Source: Lytechinus pictus
Lineage: Eukaryota
Direction: 5' to 3'
Assembly: GCF_037042905.1 (NCBI RefSeq)
Contig: NC_087259.1
Coordinates: forward strand, 24,986,001 to 25,050,000
DNA: 64,000 nt
Shown: piece by piece, positions 39,601 to 52,635 of the stretch
Position numbering within the stretch: position 1 is the first letter of the stretch
How the letters are laid out: each line of letters opens with the position of its first letter
Translations under genes and position numbers: made by a program
Notes under the pieces: generated by a model
Told to the model about the DNA's origin: nothing
The model's database searches: none
What the model saw: the letters and a program-made list of their open reading frames with translations, nothing else

Positions 39601-42600
39601 TATGATCTGTTTTCATTCACAAATTTGGAGGGACAGACCTTCATAGGTTAATGGCCTCCTGTCTGTGCCTCATGTCCACCACATAACAATTTTTGCTTTG
39701 CTTATTTTTTTCATTTTGTTGTTGTTGTTATATACAACATGTATTCATATTATTGTCATCATAGTCTTTATATTTAATTATGTTTATTTCAATGTATTTG
39801 AGATTTTTATGAAAAGTGGAAAAATTGAACTTGATCTTGAACATTTCAATATCACAAAGTGAAGAAGATATACATACTATTCAAAGAAAATACAATGTGG
39901 TTTCATAACAAGTTTTTAACTATTGAATTATGAAACTTGAATGAACAAATGGACAGATCAGGAGTATGATACCCCTTCAATTATGTTTAGCAACCCAAGT
40001 ATTTGAACTTTAAAATACAAAGGAAATGCTTTGCTAATGAACTTTCACACCTGGAAGTTTTAGCCAGCGTATATGTCAAAGTAGGCCTATACCAAGCCGT
40101 TTACATTTATCCCATTTATTTGCAGGAAACTCTATTTTCATACTGAAAATTGAAATCTTGATACCACAAAAAAAAGATTGATTGATAAAACAGTTTGCCT
40201 TACGTATATGTTGCCTAAACGTCCCAGGTCCCATTTTAAAGAAGACTTTATATTTCAACAAATGCACAACATCTATAATAAGTTTACTACCAGCCAATCA
40301 AATTGAATGATTTCAGTAGCTTTTAACTGTTATTGCTAATTTGTTATTATAACAAGTTTTGTGAATCAGGTCCTAGTTGTGACAGCTACTTTACTTGCCT
40401 TGATGTCACATTGTAATGCATCAGGTAGCATACTGATATCAACATCAGATAGGCCCTCAGGAGGCTTCCTCTCAACCTTTAAGTCAAGTATAAAAAGAAT
40501 CAAATTAATTATAAGCAAACAAAAAACAGAAAAAGGGAAGAAATTGAACATGATACAAACCCCCTTGTTATGAAGAGTAACTGCTTTTAACAAGAAATAA
40601 AATCTAATATTTTCTTCTTACGTTTTAGTCAATCAATACACAGATAACTATATGAAAGAAAGTAACATATTAAACTCCTTATCTATCCCCCTAAAAATGG
40701 AGGACAAAATGGGAAAATTATTAATTTAGCTTTTTTCAAAGAAAAAATGTTTGTTAACAATAATAAACCATTCTACATCAGAAAACACATTTTACCAATT
40801 ATCAATTACATACATCAGATGATAACAGGACTGTGATGATTTATTCATAACCTCAGTTGAAGAATTCAAATTATTAAAGTATTATCTTTTCAAAAAGATT
40901 AAAACAGGAATTTGAAAATTCACATTCAATCACAACATTCATGAAGGTCTATAGTCATTCCCTTTTAAGAAAAATGATAAATGAAAGAATCTGCAAAATT
41001 TTAAACATTTAAAAAATAAATAATAAAGAATAAAAGGTTGTCATTTTGAAGAGTAAATGCTCATTAAACTCACATTGGCTTGTATGTAATTCCTTATGGA
41101 TACCAGATCAATGTCTAAGAGAGGAAAGAAACTGGTGAATGATGGCAAGAAGAACAAGTTTGGTGACACGCAGGCCACTGAGAGAGGAATGTGTACCACA
41201 TCAGCTTCATATACAGTCGTCTGACAAAAAAACAAAAAAAATGAGGTAAGTGAATATCAATGCAATGGTATGATATTCATCCTAATATTTAATAAAGTTT
41301 ACAAGCAAATTTCAAAAAATGAATAAAATATCATCATATAATCTACAAGGATTGCTATAAAACAATTAATGTAATTGGAAAAATGAAATCTACAAACTAA
41401 GCATTAAAATTATGAGTTAATCCTCCAATGGAAAGTAACTCTCTTTTAGTTTGAAGGTAAAAGTATATGTTTAGGAACAGGGTATGTCACCTTCCATGAC
41501 AATAAACCAAACTGCCATGTACACTTCTCTTTTTGTTACATTTGGTAGTTTATAAAATGAGGCTCAAGACATTACATCAAGAGTGAAACAAGCATTTCAT
41601 TTTAAGTCTGATCAATAGGTAGACAAGAAATATATATATATATATATATTTGAAAACCTTTACATCATTAATTTAATCAACTGACAAAATACAGTGTATT
41701 CAGTAATGAGAGATGTGTATGGCATTTAAAAACTCTACTAAATGAATAAGAGGAAGAAATTGAAGGATGGGGATATAGTGGAGACAGATAAAGAGGAGAA
41801 ATGAAACAAGAGCAAGATGTTTTCTTCATCATCTCCTCCTGAAGATGATGAAGAAGAAACAATTGGAGGGAGAAAAATAATACAAATAATAAAATATTAC
41901 TTTGTGTCTCATCCATCCCCTCATTTTCTCCTCCAGCTCTTGGAAGAGAGACTGGTGACCGCTCCCTTCTCCACCTCCTGACTGTGAACTGCCTGATAGA
42001 TGCTGGTGCAGGGATTCTGGCAGAGTTGTGATCAGGACACAGTACTTGAAGTGACTGGCACATATGATATCTTCTAGGATCTCTTGTGTGGTGGTAGTGA
42101 TTTGGTCGCTGATGATGAATACTGCCTTCACTTCATCTTCGGTACAACTCTAGAAGAAAGGATGACAGATTGGGTCTAGTTATAAATAACAAGGGCAGAG
42201 CTATGGTATTTCTAGGGAAGGGGTGGGGGTGATTTTCAATCTGAATTGAATAGGTGGACTATAACTTATGAGTTAAAGGTCCCTAAAACTCCCCTCTCCT
42301 GGGGGGTGTTTCACAAAGATTTAATTATGACTTAAAGTCGCACTTAAATGCCTAGTTGTGCGCGGTATAAAAGCCATGACCGCATTGGTGAGATCATGCA
42401 AAGAGGACGCGCATTATTGTATATTGATCAATTAGATTGCACATTGCATTTCAGATACGCGTCGGCATTTAAGTGCGATTTAAGTCACACTTAAATCTTT
42501 GTGAAACACCCCCCTGGTCATCATTAAACATCACAGATCCCTTTTAAACTTCTCATCTTTACTCCATGCAAACTACCGGTATTGTCAAACTAAAAATTAA

Positions 42601-43482
42601 AAGGGGAACAGAGTACTATACCTGGACCCGAACATCATTATAATTTATATCATAACCTTGTTGTTCATTGAATGAGTGGACCCGAACAGACTTTCGGTAA
42701 GAAGAGTTACACCTTTTCAAAGGCTGTTCAGTGTTCTTCCAACCAAATTTTGATTTTCACATTTTCACGTAAAAATTCTAACAAAGACTCTGTCAAAGTT
42801 ATTCAACTTCAAGTACAATCTCTGTGCACTAACGTTAGCTGGGCTGTGCTCATGATCCTCACTCACTCAGCTCTGACTCATCAACTTTCATGACTTTAGC
42901 TTAGCCTGCCTTAATTCTTAAATTAGGGCCCAACTTATAATTAGGCTTAGCACAAGTCAATATATACACAAAGGGCCTTTGAGACAAAGCAGAATTTTTA
43001 CGATACGTTTCCCCAGACCCAGCAAAATCCTCCATTTCTACTAACACTTATAGTTATGCATGTAGGATGGGGGGTTGGGTGTCCGGACATGTAACAGAAA
43101 TGAAGCCTTGTTTTTATTTCAGGAATAAACCAAAAATATAGGTTGAATAGTTTTTTTTCACCAACAATATTTGTTCTTTATATTTTCTTATATTCTGTGC
43201 TAAAAAAAATTAAAGACATTGCTTGTAAACTTTTCAAAATTGAGAGTAAAAGTCATGTGTCCGGACACCCAACCCGTCCGGACACACAACCACTGGGTAT
43301 ACCTCGAACGATGAGAATTCCTTCACGTTCTGACAGCCTGCTTGAAACAGCGTCGCGGCCCCGGAGGTCCAGTGGAGCGCTTCGGCGGCGGGACCGTCCA
43401 GGAAAACCACAGACCGCGGGACATATGGAATGACTGTTCTCCAGTTGTCCTGACAACTTTTCACAAAATTCTTACTCGACAT
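30601..43482 (-). CDS. SCFD2: Sec1 family domain-containing protein 2, 14 coding exons, 676 aa
   Basis: Exons: 43482-43303, 42149-41901, 41220-41074, 40476-40399 (GC donor), 39573-39442, 38765-38593, 37493-37394, 36774-36644, 35922-35716, 34429-34269, 33696-33594, 32775-32620, 31974-31842, 30681-30601 (2031 nt, phases consistent). Recognised SCFD2-like segments: VVFLDGPAAEALHW, RASILFIDRTLD, VLLPGCLAH, DIEYKSSGFRDLLKSGF, KPRPSDHPLFIVFMVGGVTCSEVK, VVVGSTRIL. Confidence 0.92.
33190..33475 (-). mobile_element. tRNA-derived SINE (same family), in SCFD2 intron 11
   Basis: GGGTACCCATTCACCTCACCTG...TTTCTTGCTGAAGGAAAACACGC...ACCACTAGACCATGATGCCCC closely matches 28890-29034; (AAC/AAT)n tail. Confidence 0.8.
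35969..36214. other. Assembly gap (N run) in SCFD2 intron 8, flanked by (AAT/GAT)n microsatellite
   Basis: N run. The flanking exons join in phase 2. Confidence 0.99.
42302..42513. mobile_element. Harbinger-like MITE in SCFD2 intron 1
   Basis: CTG|GGGGGTGTTTCACAAAGATTTAA ... TTAAATCTTTGTGAAACACCCCC|CTG. A similar GGGGTGTTGCAAGAAA...TTTCTTGCAACACCCC element lies at about 31222-31441. Confidence 0.8.
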
Positions 43483-44710
43483 TGTGATTTTACTGTTGTT
43501 CTCCAATAAATATGAGACCAAATATTCTGTATTAACTACTCGATATAATGGGGAATGCAAAGTAAACAATCTCAACCACGTAGACGAAATTGTGAACAGG
43601 GGGCTGACATCTTGGAAAATTGTCAGGCTTTTCTAAATTATGATTTTATTTTGAAAATTAATTTGTAATAATTGATCTTTTAAATTAATTTTTCATTAAA
43701 AAATATTATTTCTTATCATACAATTTTTATTTAATACATTAAGTACAGTTACTATGTAAATTAATCTAAAAACATATATATTGCTTAGCATTGTTTGATG
43801 AGAGGTACCGGTACCGTAGTGTTATTACGTAACAGTACACGAAAATTGGAAAGCTCTATACAGCTCACTGGGGCCGATTGCACGAAAGGGTCTTTCCAAG
43901 GACCGTCTTTCGTGTCGCCCATCTTTTATGATACGCCATGTGAAACGCATTTCAAATAAATTATCTGCAAATATATTTTATTTGTCCGTTAAAATAAACA
44001 AAATATTTGTTTATAAAATGATGTGATATCTCATGAAATTGTATAAAATTTGATTTAAAAGCAAGCTTACGAATTTTATTTGTTTATCATAAATTTCAGA
44101 AACACCCCGCTTATAGCGCATCATAAAAGATGGGCGACACGAAAGACGGTCCTTGGAAAGACCCTTTCGTGCAATCGGCCCCTGGATTTGGACCAGGCAG
44201 GATCAGGAACAGAGTCGTCGTTTGCATCTAATTCTTCAAGTTCTTTGGATTTTTTTTCTTCAAAATATAATTTGGAAATAAGTTCTGTGAATTAATCGTC
44301 ATTCATCAGTGTCACTGCAGTGAGTGCAGAGGAGACCAGCCAGGCCCAGCCCCAGGCTAGTTAATCTTCAATGATTAATCAAGTTGGGACGATCATTTTT
44401 TTTTTGGTGGAGCCTGGATTGGATTAGGGGGAAGAACTCTATATATTAAGGCCTTTTATAAGAGGATAAATAAGAGGTTTAAAAAAACAAGTTATTGTTA
44501 ATAAATTGTTCAACCAAAAGAAAATTGACATTTCTGTGAATGTGATTGGTTGCAGAGAACGGCCCAGAGAACTTGACTCAATATTACTGAGCCTGCATGA
44601 GTGAGATCAGCCTCTGAGTCTGAGTCTGACTGACCACAAGTCAATCCCGATCAAGATCTAGTACCAGTTCCAACTCTTTGAGATTGAGGCAACTTAAGTG
44701 TAACTGAACT
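43483..44710. promoter_or_regulatory. Divergent (head-to-head) promoter region shared by SCFD2 and PHPT1
   Basis: The two start codons are on opposite strands, 1.23 kb apart. Confidence 0.6.
43871..44181. mobile_element. MITE with about 60-bp near-perfect TIRs and a CTG target duplication (PIF/Harbinger-like)
   Basis: CTG|GGGCCGATTGCACGAAAGGGTCTTTCCAAGGACCGTCTTTCGTGTCGCCCATCTTTTATGAT ... ATCATAAAAGATGGGCGACACGAAAGACGGTCCTTGGAAAGACCCTTTCGTGCAATCGGCCC|CTG. Confidence 0.88.
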
Positions 44711-47212
44711 ATGGCATTGGAAGCCATGCAAAGAGTTGATGAAGTAGACATTGATGGATCAGGGAGATTCAAGTACATCCTGATAAAACTATCAGTTGGA
44801 GACCAGTCAAAGTATATTGTCAGAGGTTACAGACGTTGTGGATATCATGGTAAGGATAGTGCCTAGACAGAAATTTTCTGTCAGTTAATAGCATTGCCTA
44901 TTGGCCTCATATTCGAATCAGGGACAACTCGGACCGTGGGCAGAGTTGTCCCACCAGAAAAAATAGACACAAACTTGTGGGAAAAAAAATCACGAAAGAG
45001 GTGTGACAACTCGGCCTGCAGTCAGAGATGTCCCAACCCCCTCATATTTAATGGGTTGTCTTCTTACCGTACAGACAAATCTTCTATTATTGCAGAAAAA
45101 AACTAGGCCCTTCAAATAGGTTATAAAAAATCCACCAAAAATAAAAAGATACAACATTTCTAGGCCATTATGAACAGATAAAAAACATAATTTTATTTTC
45201 TACTTTCGTCTTTATTTCTTATTTTTACTTGTGATATTATTGGTCGGACATCACCCATAATGAGGGTATCATGAGTGATTCTTCATCTTGCTTTGAATTT
45301 TACAATTTATTCCTTCAAATCAAACTTCCTCAATTTTTATGTTCCTGTGTCGCTGCTGAAATTGATAACACTTATCTTGATTTTTATTCTGTGTTTAAAT
45401 CTCCCTTGTGCGATTGACTAACTGGTACATGCAAAAAGGACCTGGCAGTTACAGTATGTGGGCTATACTTTTTGTTGCTGATATTAAGAACCTAAAGACC
45501 TTTTTTTTTGGGGGGGGGGGGTGGGGGATGACAGTGTAGGCAGAATTCACAAGTAGGCTACCTATTAAATTGATACAAATATAAAATATGTATTCATTTC
45601 TTGTTTTATAGTTGTAAATAAATAGAATATCAATAGACAATATTTCATTTGATATATATTTTATCACTCATTAGGCCTAAGTATTTGCAAAATAATTTAT
45701 AGTTTCCGAATCAGAATAATGATTTAATATAAAAATTGTATTTTTTTGGTACATTTATTTAAGCATCATGTATGTATTGTATTAATTCTGCAGCTGATAT
45801 CTATGACGAGGTAACTCCTGCGCTTGAGAAGCAAGGTATCCAATGTGACTGTCCAGGAGGGGGAAGAATCGAGCACGACAAGAATGCCAAGACTATTCTG
45901 GTATATGGATACTCCATGGTAAGTGATGAAAGTCAGTGTCATTAAATGAGCTTCAGAAGTTAGATTTCACAGGGGTGTGAGAGTTCAGATTTTTATCTGA
46001 TTTCAGATTTTTTTCTTTTTGATATTCAGCTTAATTTCAGCTTATATTTGGCTTTCCTCTGTACAAAAAGTATGGGAGCTCTTTCTATTTCAGACTTTCT
46101 ACAAGTTTCGGCTTTTTTCAGATCTTTTTATTTGTGACCACTCACAACCCTGATTTCATGATTTCACCAATTGTACCAGATCTAATTCTATGAAGAATTT
46201 AAGATATGGTGACAATTAAACTAGAAGTCTGTGTTTGCTGCAACTAGATTTAATGCAGGAACCCATTTACACCTGAGTGGAGAGTGGGTGATAATTTATG
46301 CAGAATCATACAATTTAAAAAAATACAAATTAATTACACAAAATACTATATTACTGATGAAATTTTATATTATTTCTTTTGTATAACTTAGTGCAGTGTT
46401 GTATCCATAGGCCCATATATCTCGCACTGAATTCCAAAGACTTGTAAACAATGTATATTGGTGATCACACTTTTACTGTAACCGCATCCAAAGAATGGAA
46501 CATAATCCCGGCTTTTTTTTAATCAGCAAACTCTAGAGATCAATTCAAGAAACTCCTAAAAACCAGAGAAAAAATTACACGGGACTGGGGGCGATTTACC
46601 CCCCCCCCCCCCCAAAAAAAAAAAAAAATGTTCAAAAGAGTCCTGGAAACTAAAAAAAAAAGGAGCCCGGAAATCAATGTGCCATGGAAATCTCCATTCA
46701 TTGCAATGTTAAACTCATCCAATGTTGCAGATATAGGCAGTAAGTTGTGAAATGAAACCCCCCAAAATCCCCCCCCCCCAGAAAAAAAGAAAAAAAAGAA
46801 AAATGCCTTGTAAAAACATATCTCTTTCTTGATTAGAATTTTTCTTTGTTTTCATAATCTCATTCATACTTTGTAGTTTGTAATTATGTATTTGCTTGCT
46901 TTTTATTTTGTAAGTGGTTTGAGTTCTGGTAAATGATTTCATTATATTCATAGTTGTCTTATCAATTATTTCAGTATTTTGATAAAAAATTCTCCCAACC
47001 TGAAATTCAAGTTTCTCCTCTCCTCTCCTTGTATATATAAATTTCTTTCTTGTACTTTCTCCCTCCATCCTTCTCTATCTCCCCCTTTGATTTTCCTTTA
47101 TTCATTTTCTATACAGGGGTTTGGACAGGCTGACCACAGCATGGCAGTGCAGATTCTGAAGAAGAAGTACCCAAGCTATACCAGTATTACATTCAACAAC
47201 GAGGGCTATTGA
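44711..47212 (+). CDS. PHPT1: 14 kDa phosphohistidine phosphatase (Janus/Ocnus family), 3 coding exons, 119 aa
   Basis: Exons 44711-44849, 45794-45918 and 47117-47212 (GT-AG, 360 nt). Motifs VDIDGSGRFKYILIK, IVRGY, YHADIY (catalytic His), CPGGGRIEH, VYGYSMGFGQADH, KKYPSY. Confidence 0.95.
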
Positions 47213-47539
47213 TGTATAATATGGTTCAAGATGGTTGCATTCACATTTGGTGAACAAATGCCAATTTGAACTAAAGATATCCATTGTCAATTTCATCTTA
47301 CCATGTTCTGGGAAGGAATGATTTTGCGTAAGTTTTAGGAGGTCTATGCATATCAAGTCATAATGATGAATAAGGGCAAGTCTAAACTCAAAGATATCCA
47401 TTATTTGTCTAGTTCATCTGACCATTTACCAGGAGAGAAGGATTTGACATGAGTCTTATGTGATAAATATTGACCCACAAACTCATGCAAAAATCAATGA
47501 TAGTACTTCAGGTATGAATCAACATTAAATAGTAATGAT

Positions 47540-47788
47540 AATATGCAAATTTTTTATTGCCCCTACTACAATGTTTATAGTTTCTAAGCAATGTAAACTA
47601 TTACCCCGTCATTAGCACATCTCTTATTGGGCGCTTCCTTCTGGGTACCCATTTACAACACCTGGGTGGAAAGTGGCAAATATAGATCAACACCTTGTTA
47701 AAGTGTCACACAAGTGCTGCAGTGGAATTTGAACCCCAGACTTTGTGGTTCAAAGTCCAGAGACTTATCCACTGAGCCGCAACACCTC
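47540..47788 (-). mobile_element. Diverged tRNA-derived SINE
   Basis: GGGTACCCATTTACAACACCTGGGTGGA core and a tRNA-like head (GGCTCAGTGG ... GGGTTCAAATTCC on the minus strand). Confidence 0.6.
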
Positions 47789-48712
47789 TACTATTAAACA
47801 CCTCTCTATAAAATGTAAATGCTGAAGGTGACATCAATACTTGACCAGGCATCCCTTATCAAGAGGCATCATCTAGAAATAGTTTTTAATGTGGATTTTT
47901 GTTTAAATTTCATATGAATCCATCCTTTGGTGCTCTTTCTGCCCCATTTTTAATATTTAATTTTATTTTAGGGGGGGGGGGGATGAAAACAATGAGATAG
48001 TAGAATTTGAAAAAAAAAATCATCTACTTCAGTGTTATCAGTATTTGCATGAACACTGGTGCATGAATCAGTGTATGCAGGAATGTTCTAACTAGCAGGG
48101 CTAGTGTGTGATGGTTTTGTTAGGGTGCAATTTTTTGCATGGATTATGAGTATAATGCCAACAAGATGGGTACAGTAGTCATCTTGCCAGTGGCCTTTTG
48201 GTTTAATATTGCGTCATGCATCATTCGCATGCGAGTGAAGGTGGTGATAGTGCACTTGGCTCTATTGCCTCATGGAGTGTTTCATATTTTTCTTTCAAAA
48301 TCTTGGTCCCATAACATAAATCTCATTGCATTGCCCCCTACAGGATTGAGTGAAGTTTTTGGTGATCCCAATATTACATCATGCATCATTTCTTGGTACT
48401 GTACATAATACAAAATGACCTTTTCACAATCACTGTGAAACAGTTCCCTTGACAATTGAAACACACAACCAGATATATAAGAAACTTTAATCTTTTACTT
48501 CTATTGTCATTCTACCCCTGAAATATTATTTTTATTGTGATTTTTGAGCAAATTTGTGTTTGAATGTTAACTAATGCACTGTTAAGAGTGCTATATCCGA
48601 CCTACATGTATTTCCTGTTTAACTTTGAATATAAAATTATGATTTATAAGAACTACTGTTTTGATTTTTTTTTTGCCTGTCGATGGCAGCATATATTTGT
48701 CCAGATCATGTC

Positions 48713-49473
48713 CCTGTTGGAAAGATCAATGTTATGCAATGCAGTGTTTGCACAGTTTGTTCACAAAGTGGACTTGGACTTTGTGAACATATGATTCACA
48801 ATATCAAAATACTCAAATTTAACAAAATATAAAGATAACTTCGCACTGTGGACACCTTGGCAGTGTGAGTGATCAGTTCATGTAGTGATACTCTTGACTG
48901 TTCACAAAGTTAAAATGCTGTAAGGTTACAATCTGGGAATAATTTAACACTGTGGACACCTCCACAGTGAGTGTTCGCAATTCACATTGTGGACTATGTG
49001 AATATGTGATTTGCAAAGTTGAAATGCTCTGATGTAACATTGTGAGAATATTTTCACACTGAACATATCCACAGTGTGTTCACATAGTGCACTCTGTGAC
49101 TGAGACTCCCCAATTTAAAAGGCTTTAATGTAACAATGGGATAATAATTTCACACTGTGGATACCCCCAGAGTGTGAGTTATCACACTGTGTTCATAATT
49201 TCAATGAACTATGCCATTATGAGGTTCACAAATTAGTTGAAATGCTCTGATGTAACAGTGTGATAATAATTTCCCACTGTGGACACATCCACAGTGAGTG
49301 TTCACACTTCACTGGTGTGTTCACACAGTGCACTCTGACTATGTGATTCACAAAATTAAGATTCTTAAATGTAATAATGTGAAACTAATTTCCCACTGTG
49401 GACACCTCCACAGTGAGTGTTCACATTGTGTTGCACACTGAACACACCGTGGGACACTGCTCTTTCCAACAGG
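48713..49473. mobile_element. TIR-bounded element containing six 96-122 bp tandem units, each with a CACTGTGGA..TCCACAGTG-type hairpin
   Basis: TIR CCTGTTGGAAAGA / TCTTTCCAACAGG. Hairpin motifs at 48844, 48948, 49057, 49153, 49275 and 49394. Confidence 0.7.
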
Positions 49474-51099
49474 CTAACACAGTTTGAATGGTTCTGTGAG
49501 GGTGTGTGTTTTTTCACTTGGTCTACATGCAGTTGGCCTACTTCTCAGGTACATGTAGTGTAGTACCACATGGGAAAGCCCATTTGGTCTAATATCTAAT
49601 TTGGTCTAGTTGTTGTTTGGTCTACACGACACTTGGTCTAATACCCACTGAATCGAATGCCCAGATAGTCTAATTTGGATTTTGTCTACTTATTTTTTTA
49701 AATTTGATTCATATGCACTAAGTTATTTTAGACGAATTGGCCCGTATTCTGAACTCGGGTTTATAGTAAACCCTGGTTTAAAGTTTTGGTTGAACTATGG
49801 AGAGTCAATTGGGGCACAAATCCCTAACAGTACATATTCAGTTTATTAACTCATATGACACCAAAATTGTTCATGATTGTCTGGGAATTAATGATAACTG
49901 AAGTATTTTTCTTCTTTATGAAAGCAACAGGAAACAAAATATCAAACATAAGATATTATACAATGTAAACGGAATCTTTATTTTTTTTGCTCCCTATAAT
50001 TATAGCACAGAGTTAGACAATGGTTTACGTTAAGCCTGACTTTAGAATATGGGCCATTGGGTATATCCTCAATCAAAATTAGGCAAAATTGTAAATAGGC
50101 TAAATGGCAATAGACCAAATGGTTTGTAGAAGACGATTTTGGGAGTATTTCATGAAAGGACTTGTCTGACGTTTTATCCGACAAGTCCCGTTTTGTTTTC
50201 CGACAGTAACCACAGTAACCGTGCTTTTCAACCAATCAAATTCAGGAAAGTTGTCAGATCTGACAACTTGTCGGATGAAAATGTTGATGAAACACTTCCC
50301 AGAAGTAGACGAAGCATGTTTAGACCAAGTGTTGTGTGATTGCGGGTTACACAAAAATCGACACTATCGGAAGGGAAAGTGAGAGATATGAATTGGAAGG
50401 AGATATGAAAGCTTTTACAGGAGGAAAGGAGGGATAAAATGAGAGAGAGAAAGAGAGAGAGGGGGGGGGGGTAGAAAGAGAGAGGAAGTGAGTGGTTGAT
50501 TGGAAAAAAGTTATTGAAAAATGTACATGACAGCTAACGGCAGAATCGAGTAGAATTACTAATGACAAAAGCGCAGGGGCGGCGCCAGGATATTGTATTT
50601 TTTTTTTTTTGGGGGGGGGGGGGCAAAACGACCTAAGAGAAATGTCATATTTTTTATCGATGTAATTAAAGGGATATTAATTATGGGCCTAGGTATCTCC
50701 TTTTATGCTTTTCTTTCTTCTTTTCTCCCTCCCTTGCTCCCACTAGCGTACCTAAGGGGGGGCAGACTGCCCCCCCTGACGAGTCACAAGCAAAGAAAAA
50801 AGGGAAAGAAAAGAGGAAAAAGGAAAGAGAGAAAAAAGAGGGAAGGGGAAAAAAGAAGAAATAGTAAGAGAAAGGGGAAAACAAAAACTGGACTGCAGAC
50901 TGTCGGAAAAAATTATAAACTGTCGGGCACACGGGGTGTTCCAACTGAGTCGGTTTTTTAGTTCAACCATATTTGTCGGTAAATGCCAATTAAACTACAC
51001 TTTTATCGGTAAATTGTGATTTGTACGTAATGCGACTTTTAGAGCTCTCTGTACCGATAGTGAGTACGGACTGGGCTGACCAGGGACAGGAAAAAGGTA

Positions 51100-52635
51100 C
51101 AGAACAAGTTTTAGGTAATGCAATTAAAACAATAAAAATTTCGCTCGCGCTAAGCGCTCGCATTAATTTTTTAGTTGGATACCTAAAATAAATGTCTGGT
51201 TTTCAGGTTAAAATATCAAAAATTTTCTGCTCACACTTTGCGCTCGCGTCAATTGATTAGTTATAAACCAATTTGTTCACGGTTACAAAAAGTGCTTATA
51301 ATATCCAGTTCTTAGGCCGGAATATCAAAAATTTCAGCTCGCACTTCGTGCTCACATATAACTGTTTAGGTATCTCCATCCTGTTCATAGTTAAATGAAG
51401 TGTTTAGAATGTCCGGTTTTCAGGTCGGAATATAAAAAATAAAAAATATATCATTAGAAACCAATTTATTCACGGTTACAAAAATTGCTTAGAATATCAA
51501 GTTCTTAGGTCGGAATATCAAAAATTTCAGCTCTAGCTTCGCAAACGCATAAATTCCATCCTGTTCATAATTAAAGGACAAGTCTACCCCAACAAAATTT
51601 TGATTTGAATAAAAAGTGAAAAATCCAACAAGCATAACACTGAAAATTTCATCAAAATCGGATGTAAAATATGAAAGTTATGATATTTTAAAGTTTCGCT
51701 TATTTCACAAAACAGTTATATGCACATCCCGGTCGGTAAGCAAATGAGGGAACTGATGACATCACTCACTCACTATTTCTTTTGTATTTTATTATATGAA
51801 ATATTCTAATTTCTCCTCATTATCCTTGTGAAACAAAGTTTTATTTCGAACATGTTGAATTACCATTGCTTAACATTTATGGTTCAGTCAAGTTGGTCCT
51901 TATTGTCAAATCTGCAAATATTGAAATAATGTATAATTCGAACAATGAAAAACAAAACGAAATAGTGAGGGGCATCATCGATTCTCTTGTTTGCATGTGA
52001 CTAAATTGTGCATATAACTATTTTGTGAAAAATAAGCGAAAATTTAAAATGTCATAACTTTCTTATTTTGCATCCGATTTTGATGAAATTTTCAGCATAA
52101 TGCTTGTCTGATTTTTCTCTATTGATTCGAATCAACATTTTTACGAGGTGGACTTGACCTTTAAATGAAGTGCTCAGAATGTAAAGTTTTCAGGTCGAAA
52201 TATCAAAAATTGCTCACAGCAATTAATTGTTTTTAACTACCATCTTGTTCATAGTTTTAAAAAAAAAGGTGCTTAGAATACCCACTTTTCAGGGGTAATA
52301 TCTCAAATTTTCAGCTCGCATCTATTAATTATTCAGTTAGAAACCAATTTTTTCATGGTTTCTAAAAGTGCTTAGAATATCAAGTTCTTAAGTCGGAATA
52401 TCAAAAGATTTAGCTCACGCTTCGCGCACGCACGACTGTTTAAATACTCATCATGTAAAACTACTTAGAATGTCTAGTGTCCAGTTAGGAATATCAAAAA
52501 TTTTAGCCCGCGCTTCGCGCTCGCATGATTTATTAAGGAAGTTACCCATCGTATTAATAATTAAGGGCACAAAATGTATCGTTTCAGGTCTAATTTTTAG
52601 AAAAAAATCAGCTCGCGCTTCGCGCTCGCAATTAT
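51100..52635. repeat. Degenerate about 80-bp tandem array (CTTAGAATAT...GGAATATCAAAAATTTCAGCTCGCGCTTCGCGCTCGCA); inverted copies at about 54145-54410
   Basis: Recurrent GCTCGCGCTTCGCGCTCGC-like and GGAATATCAAAAA motifs. Confidence 0.7.
51575..52160. mobile_element. TTAA-flanked Kolobok-like MITE
   Basis: TTAA|AGGACAAGTCTACC ... GGTGGACTTGACCT|TTAA. The neighbouring tandem unit at about 51381 shows the empty site (CTGTTCATAGTTAAATGAAGTG). Confidence 0.85.

Noticed and set aside
48840-49420. CRISPR-like array of palindromic repeats
   Set aside because: The sequences between hairpins are homologous to each other, the repeats are degenerate, there are no cas genes and the context is eukaryotic. 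It is a tandem repeat.
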